Below are positions 18,516-27,497 of a stretch of 64,000 nucleotides of DNA, one piece after another. Source of the stretch: an uncultured Leptospirales bacterium (lineage in GTDB: Bacteria; Spirochaetota; UBA4802; JAFGDQ01). Where the stretch lies: NCBI GenBank assembly GCA_964626055.1, contig CAZVDF010000010.1:5243-69242 (forward strand), written 5' to 3'. How positions within the stretch are numbered: the first letter of the stretch is position 1; each line of letters opens with the position of its first letter. The translations under genes were made by a program, and so were the position numbers. Under the pieces are notes generated by a model, which worked only from the letters and a program-made list of their open reading frames with translations, was not told where the DNA came from and made no database searches.

Positions 18516-19583
18516 ATGAACAATATAGTAATTGCATCGATCAGGAAAAATGCCGGGAAAACCAGCATAATAGCAGGAATAATTTCTCATTTTAAGAATA
18601 TAAAATTCGCTTATGCCAAACCGCTGGGCGACAGGCTGATCTATCGCAGGAAAAAAAGCTGGGATTACGACGCAAGTCTGATGATCAATCTCCTGGGCCG
18701 GGAGGGAGAGCTTGAAAGCCGCTTTGAAAAGATCACTCTCGGTTTTGACCATTCCAAGCTCAGATATATGTACGACGAAGCCGGAATAAAAAAAGCTCTT
18801 TCCGACATGGTGACCGAAATCGGCGGGAGCAACGATGTGATGTTCCTCGAAAGCGGGAAAGACCTGGAATCCGGCTCGTATCTCAATCTTGACGCTTTAT
18901 CCATGGCAAAATACGTCAACGCCAGACTGGTCGTAATAGTAAGCGGGGACAGCGACTTTATACTGGACGATATTAAATTCATTGAAAAATATGTAAAAAT
19001 AAAAGATAATAATTTTGCAGGCGTGATCGTCAACAAAGTCAACGATCTGGATATTTTTGAAAACTCATATGCGCCCGCAATAAAAGAAATGGGTATCAAT
19101 ATAATCGGAGCAATACCGTATAAGGAACAGCTTACATATCTTACGGTTGGATACCTGGCGGAAAAACTACTGGCGCGCGTGCTGGCAGGCGAACAAAAAT
19201 TAAAAAATATAGTGAAAAATATAATAATAGGGGCCATGTCAACGGCCGATCCCAATAAAAATCCGCTGTACATCAGGCCGACACTTAACAGGGAAAATCA
19301 GCTCATGATAACAAGCGGGGACAGAAGCGACATGATTCTGGCTGCGCTTGAGCGCGACACTACAGGCATTATCCTTACAAACGACATTGTACCCCCGCAG
19401 CTTATCCTTGCCAGGGCAAAGGAGCGCGGCGTGCCTGTTCTGCTCGTACCCATGGATACATTCAAGGCTGTAAAAACAATCGACGATATAGAAGCGCTGC
19501 TTACAAAAGACGATCCCGAGAAGATCGCTCTGATATCCCAGATGATCGAGAAATACACCGGGATGAACGACATTTTAAAATAG
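18516..19583 (+). CDS. Pta-N-terminal-like protein (BioD/CobQ-like P-loop domain plus DRTGG domain), no phosphotransacetylase catalytic domain
   Basis: 355 aa. N-terminal IASIRKNAGKTSI. DRTGG-type segment ITSGDRSDMILAALERDTTGIILTN. RBS AAGGGGGA. Confidence 0.75.
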   Translation: MNNIVIASIRKNAGKTSIIAGIISHFKNIKFAYAKPLGDRLIYRRKKSWDYDASLMINLLGREGELESRFEKITLGFDHSKLRYMYDEAGIKKALSDMVTEIGGSNDVMFLESGKDLESGSYLNLDALSMAKYVNARLVVIVSGDSDFILDDIKFIEKYVKIKDNNFAGVIVNKVNDLDIFENSYAPAIKEMGINIIGAIPYKEQLTYLTVGYLAEKLLARVLAGEQKLKNIVKNIIIGAMSTADPNKNPLYIRPTLNRENQLMITSGDRSDMILAALERDTTGIILTNDIVPPQLILARAKERGVPVLLVPMDTFKAVKTIDDIEALLTKDDPEKIALISQMIEKYTGMNDILK

Positions 19584-19591
19584 CGAATGAA

Positions 19592-20248
19592 TTATATGGG
19601 ATAATTATCATCCCAGAAACCGTCTTTTATTTTAAGCGTCTCTTTTTCCCACGCTATAATCCCGGTTTTCGTAAGCCTTAAAAGCAGACGCGAGAACGTT
19701 TCCGGTATGGTTCCAACGGCGGAAGCAATATCCTTTTTCGGCAATGTAATTTTATAGCTGTATTTCTTCCCATAGTTACTTATAATAAACCTGAAAAATC
19801 TCTCTTCAACATCGTGAGAAGACAGGTAATGTATCTGCTCGGTGAGGAATCTTAGCTTTTCGAACATGGCTCTTAAAAAATTATTTCTCGATGCCGGTTT
19901 GTCCATCATCTTCCAGAAAGAGTCACAGCGTATTGCTATTATCCCGGACTGTTCCAGCGCGGCAGCGCTGGCGGGATATTGCTTTCTTCCGAATAGTACC
20001 GCTTCCGCAAAAAATTCTCCCGGATATATTATTTTTATCGTGCTCTCCTTGCCGTCATAGGACGATTTATAGACCCGCACTGTTCCTTTGACTAGTATAT
20101 AGAAATATTTTCCCTCAAATCCTTCATTGAATAGAATCTCTTTAGGATCCAGCGTTCTTTGAATCGCGTCCCTGGCAAGCTCGCCGAGAGCCTGTTCGTC
20201 AAGGTCTTTAAAGAGGTCCAGATTTTTCAGTACGCTATTTAATTCCAT
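19592..20248 (-). CDS. Crp/Fnr-family transcriptional regulator (HcpR-like by context)
   Basis: 218 aa. cNMP-binding-like fold and C-terminal HTH with an FNR-type E-x-x-S-R helix (PETFSRLL). No N-terminal Cys cluster. Divergent from hcp. Confidence 0.85.
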   Translation of the reverse strand: MELNSVLKNLDLFKDLDEQALGELARDAIQRTLDPKEILFNEGFEGKYFYILVKGTVRVYKSSYDGKESTIKIIYPGEFFAEAVLFGRKQYPASAAALEQSGIIAIRCDSFWKMMDKPASRNNFLRAMFEKLRFLTEQIHYLSSHDVEERFFRFIISNYGKKYSYKITLPKKDIASAVGTIPETFSRLLLRLTKTGIIAWEKETLKIKDGFWDDNYPI

Positions 20249-20280
20249 AATAGTCTATTAAGAGATTTTACTCATTTTGT

Positions 20281-20335
20281 CCAAACCGGCGCCCCCTTTG
20301 TCCCAAAGGGAGGCTCCGCACGGGGATAGGGGGCG
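20281..20335 (-). repeat. family C hairpin, long form
   Basis: Reverse complement reads CGCCCCCTATCCCCGTGCGGAGCCTCCCTTTGGGACAAAGGGGGCGCCGGTTTGG. Confidence 0.75.
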
Positions 20336-20425
20336 AGAACATTATAAGCATTTACATTCACTGTCTTTTTTGCTTTTCCCAGGTGTCCGGAATGCGCCAT
20401 ATTTTATATAATAAACGTTCTGTTT

Positions 20426-20439
20426 TTGACTTATGTCAA
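20426..20439. promoter_or_regulatory. Crp/Fnr-type palindrome TTGAC-N4-GTCAA upstream of hcp
   Basis: Perfect inverted repeat TTGACTTATGTCAA. Its centre is about 41-42 nt upstream of the TSS expected from the TATAAT at 20462-20467. Confidence 0.6.
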
Positions 20440-20461
20440 TGAGTATTTTTGCCGGCCGGAC

Positions 20462-20467
20462 TATAAT
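20462..20467 (+). promoter_or_regulatory. putative hcp -10 hexamer
   Basis: TATAAT, 65 nt upstream of the hcp ATG. No good -35, consistent with activator dependence. Confidence 0.45.
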
Positions 20468-20531
20468 ATATACATAAAGAAAATGTTTTAATCCGTTACG
20501 ATATAAAAAATTATTAACAAGGAGCAAGAAT

Positions 20532-22166
20532 ATGAGTATGTTCTGTTTTCAATGCCAGGAAACCGTAAAAAACGAAGGATGCACGATCCGCGGCGTATGC
20601 GGGAAATACGAAGAAACGTCAAATCTTCAGGACCTGCTTTTATTTGTGTGCAGAGGGATTTCCGTCTTTGCCGCAGAATCTGCCGGGACGGGAAAACCGG
20701 ATAAAAACGCCGGCCGCTTTATCGTTAAAGCGTTATTTTCCACAATAACGAATGCGAATTTCGACAACAATAGAATTGCCGCTTTGATTAAGGAAGGGCT
20801 TGCCATACGCGAAGACCTGGAAAAGAAAAGCGCGTTGACCGGCGGTCTTCACGAGTCTGCAACATGGTTTGGCGACAGTACCGAAGAATTCAATGAAAAG
20901 GCAAAAGAAGTCGGCATACTTGCCACAAAAGACCCGGATGCGCGGTCGCTCCGCTCGCTTCTGCTGTTCGGGCTAAAAGGAATAGGCGCTTATGCGGAAC
21001 ACGCGGCCGTACTCGGATATGAGGACGACGGCATTTACAGTTTTCTTATGGAAGCGCTCGAGAGCACGACGAGAGACCTCACGGTTGACGAAATGATAAA
21101 CTGGGTCATGAAAGCCGGCGAAGCGGCGGTGAAGACCATGGCGCTCCTGGATAAGGCCAACACCGGAACATACGGGAATCCCGAGATCACAAAAGTAAAC
21201 ATCGGGGTAAGGAACAATCCCGGCATTCTCGTATCCGGTCATGATCTTAAAGATCTTCACGAACTTCTTGAACAGACCCGGGGCAAAGGCGTGGATGTCT
21301 ACACCCATGGCGAAATGCTGCCCGCGAATTACTATCCGGCATTTAAAAAATACGGCAATTTCGCGGGAAATTACGGCGGATCGTGGTGGCATCAGGACAG
21401 GGAATTCGATACATTCAACGGGCCGGTACTGATGACGACCAACTGCATAATCCCCGTGAAGGATTCCTATAAAGACAGGATATTCACCACAGGAATGGCC
21501 GGATATCCGGGTGTGCGGCATATCGAGGATCGCGATGACGGCGGGAAGAAAGATTTTTCCGTAATAATAGATCTTGCTAAAAAGTGCAAACCTCCTGTCG
21601 AGCTCGAAAGCGGTGAGATTGTCGGAGGATTTGCACACGAGCAGGTTTTTAAACTGGCTGATAAAATCGTGGAGGCGGTAAAATCCGGAGCCGTTAAGCG
21701 TTTTGTTGTAATGGCAGGATGCGACGGAAGGCAAAAGTCCAGGAATTATTTTACGGAGGTTGCGGAACAACTGCCCAAAGATGCGGTCATACTTACAGCA
21801 GGCTGCGCAAAATACAGGTACAACAAGCTAAAGCTCGGCGATATCGGCGGCATACCCCGCGTTCTCGACGCCGGTCAGTGCAACGACTCGTATTCGCTTG
21901 CAGTCATTGCGCTCAAGCTGAAGGAAATCTTAGGGGCAAAGGACGTGAACGAACTTCCAATATCTTTTGATATCGGCTGGTACGAACAGAAAGCGGTAGC
22001 AGTGCTTCTTGCGCTTTTATCTCTCGGGTTTAAAGGGATCAGGCTTGGGCCGACAATGCCGGCATTCCTGTCGCCGGCCGTAGTCAAAGTACTGGTTGAA
22101 AACTTCGGAATTAAACAGACAGAGGATCCGGAGAAGGATATTGACGCGATGATGGCTGGCAAATAA
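20532..22166 (+). CDS. hcp: hybrid cluster protein (hydroxylamine/NO reductase), class I
   Basis: 544 aa. N-terminal C-x2-C-x8-C-x5-C spacing ([22 protein letters not shown]). Confidence 0.93.
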   Translation: MSMFCFQCQETVKNEGCTIRGVCGKYEETSNLQDLLLFVCRGISVFAAESAGTGKPDKNAGRFIVKALFSTITNANFDNNRIAALIKEGLAIREDLEKKSALTGGLHESATWFGDSTEEFNEKAKEVGILATKDPDARSLRSLLLFGLKGIGAYAEHAAVLGYEDDGIYSFLMEALESTTRDLTVDEMINWVMKAGEAAVKTMALLDKANTGTYGNPEITKVNIGVRNNPGILVSGHDLKDLHELLEQTRGKGVDVYTHGEMLPANYYPAFKKYGNFAGNYGGSWWHQDREFDTFNGPVLMTTNCIIPVKDSYKDRIFTTGMAGYPGVRHIEDRDDGGKKDFSVIIDLAKKCKPPVELESGEIVGGFAHEQVFKLADKIVEAVKSGAVKRFVVMAGCDGRQKSRNYFTEVAEQLPKDAVILTAGCAKYRYNKLKLGDIGGIPRVLDAGQCNDSYSLAVIALKLKEILGAKDVNELPISFDIGWYEQKAVAVLLALLSLGFKGIRLGPTMPAFLSPAVVKVLVENFGIKQTEDPEKDIDAMMAGK

Positions 22167-22186
22167 AATTTCCGGGGCAAGCCCCC
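22161..22186 (+). repeat. family B element, 5' fragment (H1 only) containing the hcp stop codon
   Basis: AAATAAAATTTCCGGGGCAAGCCCCC. The TAA of hcp (22164-22166) lies inside the AAATAAAATT terminus. Confidence 0.6.
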
Positions 22187-22236
22187 TGAAGCGAGCTTTA
22201 AGAACAGTAATTGAAGATAATCTAATAACATTAAGT

Positions 22237-22260
22237 TCCCCTTCAGGGGGTCTGGGGGCC
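22237..22260 (-). repeat. family C-like hairpin (divergent)
   Basis: Reverse complement reads GGCCCCCAGACCCCCTGAAGGGGA. Same CCCCC-N3-CCCCC-loop-GGGG layout. Confidence 0.5.
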
Positions 22261-22304
22261 GCAGGAAAGATATATATTTACAATTAGCAAAAGGAGGATT
22301 ATCG

Positions 22305-23147
22305 ATGAAACGAAAAATAATTAATATTGACGATACCAGATGCAACGGCTGCGGCCTTTGCATGCCCGACTGCCCGGAAGGCGCGCTTCAGCTTATCGAA
22401 GGCAAGGCCCGGCTGGTTAGCGACATTTTCTGCGACGGGCTCGGCGCGTGCATAGGCAGCTGCCCGCAGGGCGCAATTTCGGTGCTGGAACGCGAAGCGG
22501 AGCCCTATAGCGAAGCGCGCGTCGTCGAGAACATAGCCCGCCAGGGAGAGGCAGTACTGAAAGCTCATCTTGAACACTTGCTTCATCACGGAGAAACTGT
22601 TCTTTATAATGAAGCGATTGAATACCTGGAAAAAAATAATATTAAAATTCCGGAACATGCGGAACCGGCATCGGAATGCGGGCACGAATTCCACAGCTGC
22701 CCGGGCTCGGCTCCGAAAACTATAGCGAGAAATACGTCCTCCGGATCCGATCCCGCTCCTGTCCCGGGAGCGCAATCTGTATCCGAACTCCGGCAATGGC
22801 CCGTGCAACTGATGCTTCTCAATCCGCAGATGCAGTATTTCGATAATGCCGATCTTCTTATATCTGCGGATTGCGCGCCGTTCGCCTACGGAAATTTTCA
22901 CAGGGATTTTCTGCGGAATAAAGTCGTAATAATGTTCTGCCCGAAACTGGATCCCCACATAGACGAATATATTGAAAAGATGACGGCCATTTTCACTAAT
23001 CACAACATTAAGTCGATCACTATTGCGAAAATGGAAGTGCCGTGCTGCGGTGGAGTAAATTACGTCGTGGATCAGGCATTGCGGAGATCCGGCAAGGACA
23101 TCCCGCTGAAAGATTACACTATCAGAATAAACGGAGAAGCCGGATAA
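22305..23147 (+). CDS. 4Fe-4S dicluster ferredoxin-domain protein with Cys-rich C-terminal extension (FrdX-like by position)
   Basis: CNGCGLCMPDCP and CDGLGACIGSCP motifs. Directly downstream of hcp. Confidence 0.75.
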   Translation: MKRKIINIDDTRCNGCGLCMPDCPEGALQLIEGKARLVSDIFCDGLGACIGSCPQGAISVLEREAEPYSEARVVENIARQGEAVLKAHLEHLLHHGETVLYNEAIEYLEKNNIKIPEHAEPASECGHEFHSCPGSAPKTIARNTSSGSDPAPVPGAQSVSELRQWPVQLMLLNPQMQYFDNADLLISADCAPFAYGNFHRDFLRNKVVIMFCPKLDPHIDEYIEKMTAIFTNHNIKSITIAKMEVPCCGGVNYVVDQALRRSGKDIPLKDYTIRINGEAG

Positions 23148-23169
23148 CGGGAGAGCGGGCTCTCTCCTG

Positions 23170-23727
23170 TTATTCCTTCTTTGCAACCGAGCGCCCGAAT
23201 ATAGTGAAAGTCTTCTTTTTCTGCATAAAACCCGTCCTGTGGGACTGGACGTTTTCTATTGTGATAAAGGCGCTCGGCTCCAGCGCATTGGTGATATCCA
23301 TAATTTTTTTCAAATGCCTTTTGCGTACAACGGTATAAATGATAAAAATCTCGCCCCTGCTGCCTCTCCCTTTAATAATGGAAATATCGAAACCCTCTTC
23401 TTTCAGCATCATCGGAAGAGCCGTCACCTTCTGGCTTGTAATAATCCTTACGGACTGGAATCCGATCGATAATCTTGACTCAAGAAGCATCCCCACGTAA
23501 TTGCCGGCTGCGAAACCGGACGCGTATATCAGGTAGCTGTAAATGCCGTTTAAATTACCCAGAGCTTTTCCGATAGCAGTCAGCCATATCAGGATCTCAA
23601 AAAATCCGAGAACAGGAGCGAGTTTTCTGTACCCCTGCGAGATTAAAATTATTCTAATAGTCCCTATTGATACGTCGATTACCCTCGCAAAAAATATGTA
23701 AACTAACGCAATATATTCCTCTCCCAT
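23170..23727 (-). CDS. UPF0316/DUF2179-family membrane protein
   Basis: 185 aa. Three TM helices followed by a C-terminal soluble domain, as typical for the family. Confidence 0.7.
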   Translation of the reverse strand: MGEEYIALVYIFFARVIDVSIGTIRIILISQGYRKLAPVLGFFEILIWLTAIGKALGNLNGIYSYLIYASGFAAGNYVGMLLESRLSIGFQSVRIITSQKVTALPMMLKEEGFDISIIKGRGSRGEIFIIYTVVRKRHLKKIMDITNALEPSAFITIENVQSHRTGFMQKKKTFTIFGRSVAKKE

Positions 23728-23731
23728 GATA

Positions 23732-24106
23732 TCACCTGAACATATCTTCTATCCATTCCGCCTTTCCGCCGTCTACTGCTATCATATCGAATCTGAAAGT
23801 CATTTCCTTAGTGAGAAAAGCGGGATGCGTGTGTAAAAACTGCCTTGCGACTTTTTTAAGAGTCCGCTTTTTTTTGTCTGTTATTGAATAATATGCTCCG
23901 CCGTATGCCCCGGAATTCCTGCTTTTCACCTCGGCGAATACGAGGAGGTTCTCCCTTCTCGCAATAATATCTATTTCCCCTATTTTCCCGAACCTGTAAT
24001 TCCGTTCTATGATGTCGAATCCATTTTCCCTGAAAAAAGACGCGGCTATCCCCTCGCCTCTGTTGCCGAGCTCTTTTTTATAGCCCGATTTTTTTTCCGG
24101 ATGCAT
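23732..24106 (-). CDS. yraN: YraN-family (UPF0102) endonuclease-like protein
   Basis: 124 aa. GEIDIIA...VFAEVK pattern. Confidence 0.8.
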   Translation of the reverse strand: MHPEKKSGYKKELGNRGEGIAASFFRENGFDIIERNYRFGKIGEIDIIARRENLLVFAEVKSRNSGAYGGAYYSITDKKKRTLKKVARQFLHTHPAFLTKEMTFRFDMIAVDGGKAEWIEDMFR

Positions 24107-24175
24107 ATTAATAAAATAATAATATAAAATTTCACCGGTTGTGATGGCTAAATGCCATTAAATTACGATTATAAG

Positions 24176-25357
24176 TTAAAGAACTTCAAGGAGATTTACG
24201 CCTGCTTCTTTTTCATCCAGCACTTTAACAATAAAAAAAGCCGGCTCTTCAGGAAGGCTTAATATCATGGTATCTTCGATCTTTTTCCTGCTGCCGTCGA
24301 ATACAAGCTTGATTATCGGGCGAAGCGGTTTGTCCTGGGCGGATCCGATCACGATGCCGATACTTTTGTCGTTGAGTTCTACGATCGAACCGATGGGATA
24401 GACCGACATTTTTGAGATAAATACGCGTAGAATGACCGGATCGAACTTATTGCTACCATGTGCAATAAGCTGTTTCATCGCATGGTAGAAAAGCTGTTTC
24501 TTTTTATAGCTTCTATTGACTATCTGCGCTTCGTAGCTGTCTGCGATAGTAGCGATCCTTGCATACTCGCTTATCATTGTGCCTTTCAGCCCTCTGGGAT
24601 AACCGCTGCCGTCAAACTGCTCCTGATGCTGAAGTGAAATGAGAGCGATGGACTCTTTTACCTTGCCAAGATCGCGAAGGCATTTGTATCCGTGAAGCGG
24701 GTGCGTTTTGATCAGGTTGAATTCCTGCTCCGTTAAAGCCGACTGTTTGTGCGTTATATATACCGGGATCTTTGCCATGCCTGCGTCTATAAGCAGCGTC
24801 CCCAGTCCGAGTTCACGCAGCTTAACCGGCGAATATTTGAGGCCGATTCCTATAAGAAGCGCATAAAATGATACGTTAACTGAATGATACATCAGATAAT
24901 TTTTCCCTTCATCGAGGCCGTAGAGAAAAAGAAAGATATTATTATTTTCCTTAATGAGATCTATTATATCCCCCAGGGCGAGCTCAAGATCATCGGTCAC
25001 GAAATTCTCGCCGTTCTTGATAGCGCTGTAGATGTCGCCGACAGCTTTGCATGCTCTTTTGTGCACCTCAATCAGGTTTTTTCTTTTTTTCAAAAGATTA
25101 TTATATTCGGTTATGATCCTTTTGGAATCGCTTACAGCCTGGCTTTCGGCCCTTGCGGAATAATGTTTGATTTCTTCTTTCGTGGATACCATATTGCCGG
25201 CAGTTTCCAGATCGCTGACGCCCCATCTCATCAGCCTTTTAATATCCTCTTCCTTTATGGTGATATTAGCGCCGATAAAAATATTGTTGCTGTCGATGTA
25301 AACCGGTTTATCGAATCTCATGCCCGGTTTTAACTCTTCAACCTGAATTTTTTTCAT
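24176..25357 (-). CDS. HD-GYP domain protein (putative c-di-GMP phosphodiesterase)
   Basis: 393 aa. HD and QHQEQFDGSGYPRGL (HD-GYP) motifs. Confidence 0.85.
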   Translation of the reverse strand: MKKIQVEELKPGMRFDKPVYIDSNNIFIGANITIKEEDIKRLMRWGVSDLETAGNMVSTKEEIKHYSARAESQAVSDSKRIITEYNNLLKKRKNLIEVHKRACKAVGDIYSAIKNGENFVTDDLELALGDIIDLIKENNNIFLFLYGLDEGKNYLMYHSVNVSFYALLIGIGLKYSPVKLRELGLGTLLIDAGMAKIPVYITHKQSALTEQEFNLIKTHPLHGYKCLRDLGKVKESIALISLQHQEQFDGSGYPRGLKGTMISEYARIATIADSYEAQIVNRSYKKKQLFYHAMKQLIAHGSNKFDPVILRVFISKMSVYPIGSIVELNDKSIGIVIGSAQDKPLRPIIKLVFDGSRKKIEDTMILSLPEEPAFFIVKVLDEKEAGVNLLEVL

Positions 25358-25376
25358 TTTAATCTACCTGTTAAAT

Positions 25377-25652
25377 TCAGATTTTATCCATTTTATCTCT
25401 GAATTTTTCATTTATCCTGTAGCAATAAGCTAATATTTCCGACAGCGCGCTAAAAAGACTCTCCGGGATGCAGTCTCCGGGCGCCATATTCGAAAGAACT
25501 TCAGCCAGGTCAGAATCTTTATAGATCGTTATATCGTTCTCCCTGGCAATTACGAGCATCCGTTCTGCAAGAAGTCCCCTTGCAACAGCGAGTATTTCCG
25601 GCGCAGGTTCTCCCGGCGAATACCCGACGGCAATGCCTTTTTTCCCTTCCAT
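25377..25652 (-). CDS. FlhB C-terminal-domain-only protein (EscU/YscU/FlhB switch-domain family)
   Basis: 91 aa. The pattern APEILAVARGLLAERMLVIARENDITIYKDSDLAEVL is typical for stand-alone FlhB-CTD homologues. Confidence 0.75.
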   Translation of the reverse strand: MEGKKGIAVGYSPGEPAPEILAVARGLLAERMLVIARENDITIYKDSDLAEVLSNMAPGDCIPESLFSALSEILAYCYRINEKFRDKMDKI

Positions 25653-25685
25653 AATGCTCCGGTTCCCGCATACGAGCGAAGAATA

Positions 25686-26756
25686 TCATACTTTGGCATC
25701 AAATAGATAATTTAAATCAATGGCCGAAATAATTTCAATAATTTTTTCAACCGATTTTTTTTTGTTAAAAAAAACAATATGGGTTTTCTTTTTCTCTACC
25801 GAGTTTAAAGCCGATTCAAGAACCTTCAGCCCGCTTTTCAAAGCATCGATGCTTTCTTCTTTTTCGCAGTAAAAAGAAACAGACCTGAATGAATTCTCCA
25901 CTTTGATCAATATTTCCAGACTGCCGAGGTACGACATATCAAGCGATAACACTATATTGTTTTCATTGAAAATATATTTGCAAGGCCTGAATTTATTTGC
26001 TTCGAAAAAGATCAGTACGCCGTGCCGCAAACCGGCTTTTTCGGATCCGTTAAAGCACAGATCCAGAATAGTTTTGACTGTCTCTATATTATCATCCCTG
26101 CCGCTTTCAGTAAATAATTTATTTAGAACATTAAAAAAGTTTTCGATTTTCTTGCTGATATCGTTCATATTGCGAATTTGTCCGTAACCCGGGACCAGAA
26201 CGGATAAAATTAGATACAAATAACCGGCGGACGTATTTTTCCCCTGATTTAACACAGCGGCGATCAGCAGCAAATCTTTATGATCCGCTCCTTTCGAGAG
26301 CATTTTATTTAAAAGATTAATTATTTTCTCAAACTTCTTTTCATGCTCGTTAAAACCGTTAATTTTAATAAGTGCCCTGTTCAGGGAAAATATACTAAAT
26401 ACGCCTTCTCTTAAATACAAACGTAATTCATTGATCGATTTATTCAAATCATTCAGGGTTAAAATTGTTGATTTGTTCAAATCCACAAACAGGTTTTCCT
26501 TATAACCTTCTTTTATACTGAAGAGCAATGTGCCGTTAACTTCTTTTTCGAGAGCAAGGAAAAGGCTGCCGGACTTCGGAATGCCGTTAAGGAATTCCGC
26601 GCTTATTTTTCTGCCGCCGATATCCAAAACGGCATACCGGTCTCCCAGCCTCTCGCTTATCCTTGCGGGTACACTGCTGCCCTCTTTCAGGTTCTTTAAC
26701 ATATCCGGAACGGGCAACTGGCCGGATATTCTGATCAGGTTGTTGTCGATCTTCAT
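25686..26756 (-). CDS. hypothetical protein with FliK-like (hook-length control) C-terminal pattern
   Basis: 356 aa. C-terminal LDMSYLGSLEILIKVENSFRSVSFYCEKEESIDALKSGLKVLESAL resembles the Flg_hook domain pattern. Weak. Confidence 0.45.
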   Translation of the reverse strand: MKIDNNLIRISGQLPVPDMLKNLKEGSSVPARISERLGDRYAVLDIGGRKISAEFLNGIPKSGSLFLALEKEVNGTLLFSIKEGYKENLFVDLNKSTILTLNDLNKSINELRLYLREGVFSIFSLNRALIKINGFNEHEKKFEKIINLLNKMLSKGADHKDLLLIAAVLNQGKNTSAGYLYLILSVLVPGYGQIRNMNDISKKIENFFNVLNKLFTESGRDDNIETVKTILDLCFNGSEKAGLRHGVLIFFEANKFRPCKYIFNENNIVLSLDMSYLGSLEILIKVENSFRSVSFYCEKEESIDALKSGLKVLESALNSVEKKKTHIVFFNKKKSVEKIIEIISAIDLNYLFDAKV

Positions 26757-26838
26757 TTTTAATTATTAAGGAGGCATTTAATAAGTCATCTGAAAAGTAT
26801 ATTTATTTGTTGATAAATTATTTTCGGATTATTTCATT

Positions 26839-27495
26839 CTATGAATTTGATTTCGATATAATGCTCTTTACCGGTTCATAACTTCTTCTATGAATCAGGC
26901 ACGGCCCCAGCCGGGCAATAGCTTCCCTGTGCACGCATGTACCATACCCCTTATTCTTATTAAAAGAATATCCGGAATATATCAATTCATATTTATCCAT
27001 AATATCGTCTCTATTAACTTTAGCGGCTATTGAAGCCGAAGCTATTGAAATGGATTTCGAATCGCCTCTGATAACCGGAAGATAGGGTATGCCAAGATCG
27101 AATTTAAAGTTGCCGTCCATAATTATTATATCCGGCCGGGGAGATGTTTTTTCAAGAAGTTCCCTGACTGCGAACTCGGTCGCGCGGTTGACATTCAATC
27201 TGTCGACTACGTCATGCGGGATAAGAACGGTATGAGCACAGACGGATTCCTTCTTTATCAATTTTAAAGCATTATTTCTTTTTGCGGAAGACAGCTCTTT
27301 GGAATCGCGTATCTGTGTAAGAATTTCTTCCGTGGGATTACGTATGAACGATCTGTCGAAAATGACGAGACCGGCCGCGAGCGGGCCGGCTAATGCGCCC
27401 CTGCCGGCCTCGTCGACTCCGGCAATTATTCGGTATCCTTCTGCTAATAATCTCTTTTCGATATCAAACGAAATTCCATTATTAACTTCGGACAA
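26839..27495 (-). CDS. rnhB: ribonuclease HII
   Basis: VDEAGRGALAGP motif. 218 aa. Confidence 0.92.
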   Translation of the reverse strand: MSEVNNGISFDIEKRLLAEGYRIIAGVDEAGRGALAGPLAAGLVIFDRSFIRNPTEEILTQIRDSKELSSAKRNNALKLIKKESVCAHTVLIPHDVVDRLNVNRATEFAVRELLEKTSPRPDIIIMDGNFKFDLGIPYLPVIRGDSKSISIASASIAAKVNRDDIMDKYELIYSGYSFNKNKGYGTCVHREAIARLGPCLIHRRSYEPVKSIISKSNS

Positions 27496-27497
27496 GT

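Noticed and set aside
20973-21770. 265-aa ORF on the minus strand
   Set aside because: It is antisense to hcp, whose identity is unambiguous. It has no RBS and no domain-like pattern.
22299-23186. 295-aa ORF on the minus strand
   Set aside because: It is entirely antisense to the ferredoxin-like CDS, which has clear CxxCxxCxxxCP motifs. Its Arg/Ser/Phe-rich low-complexity translation is typical of a shadow ORF.
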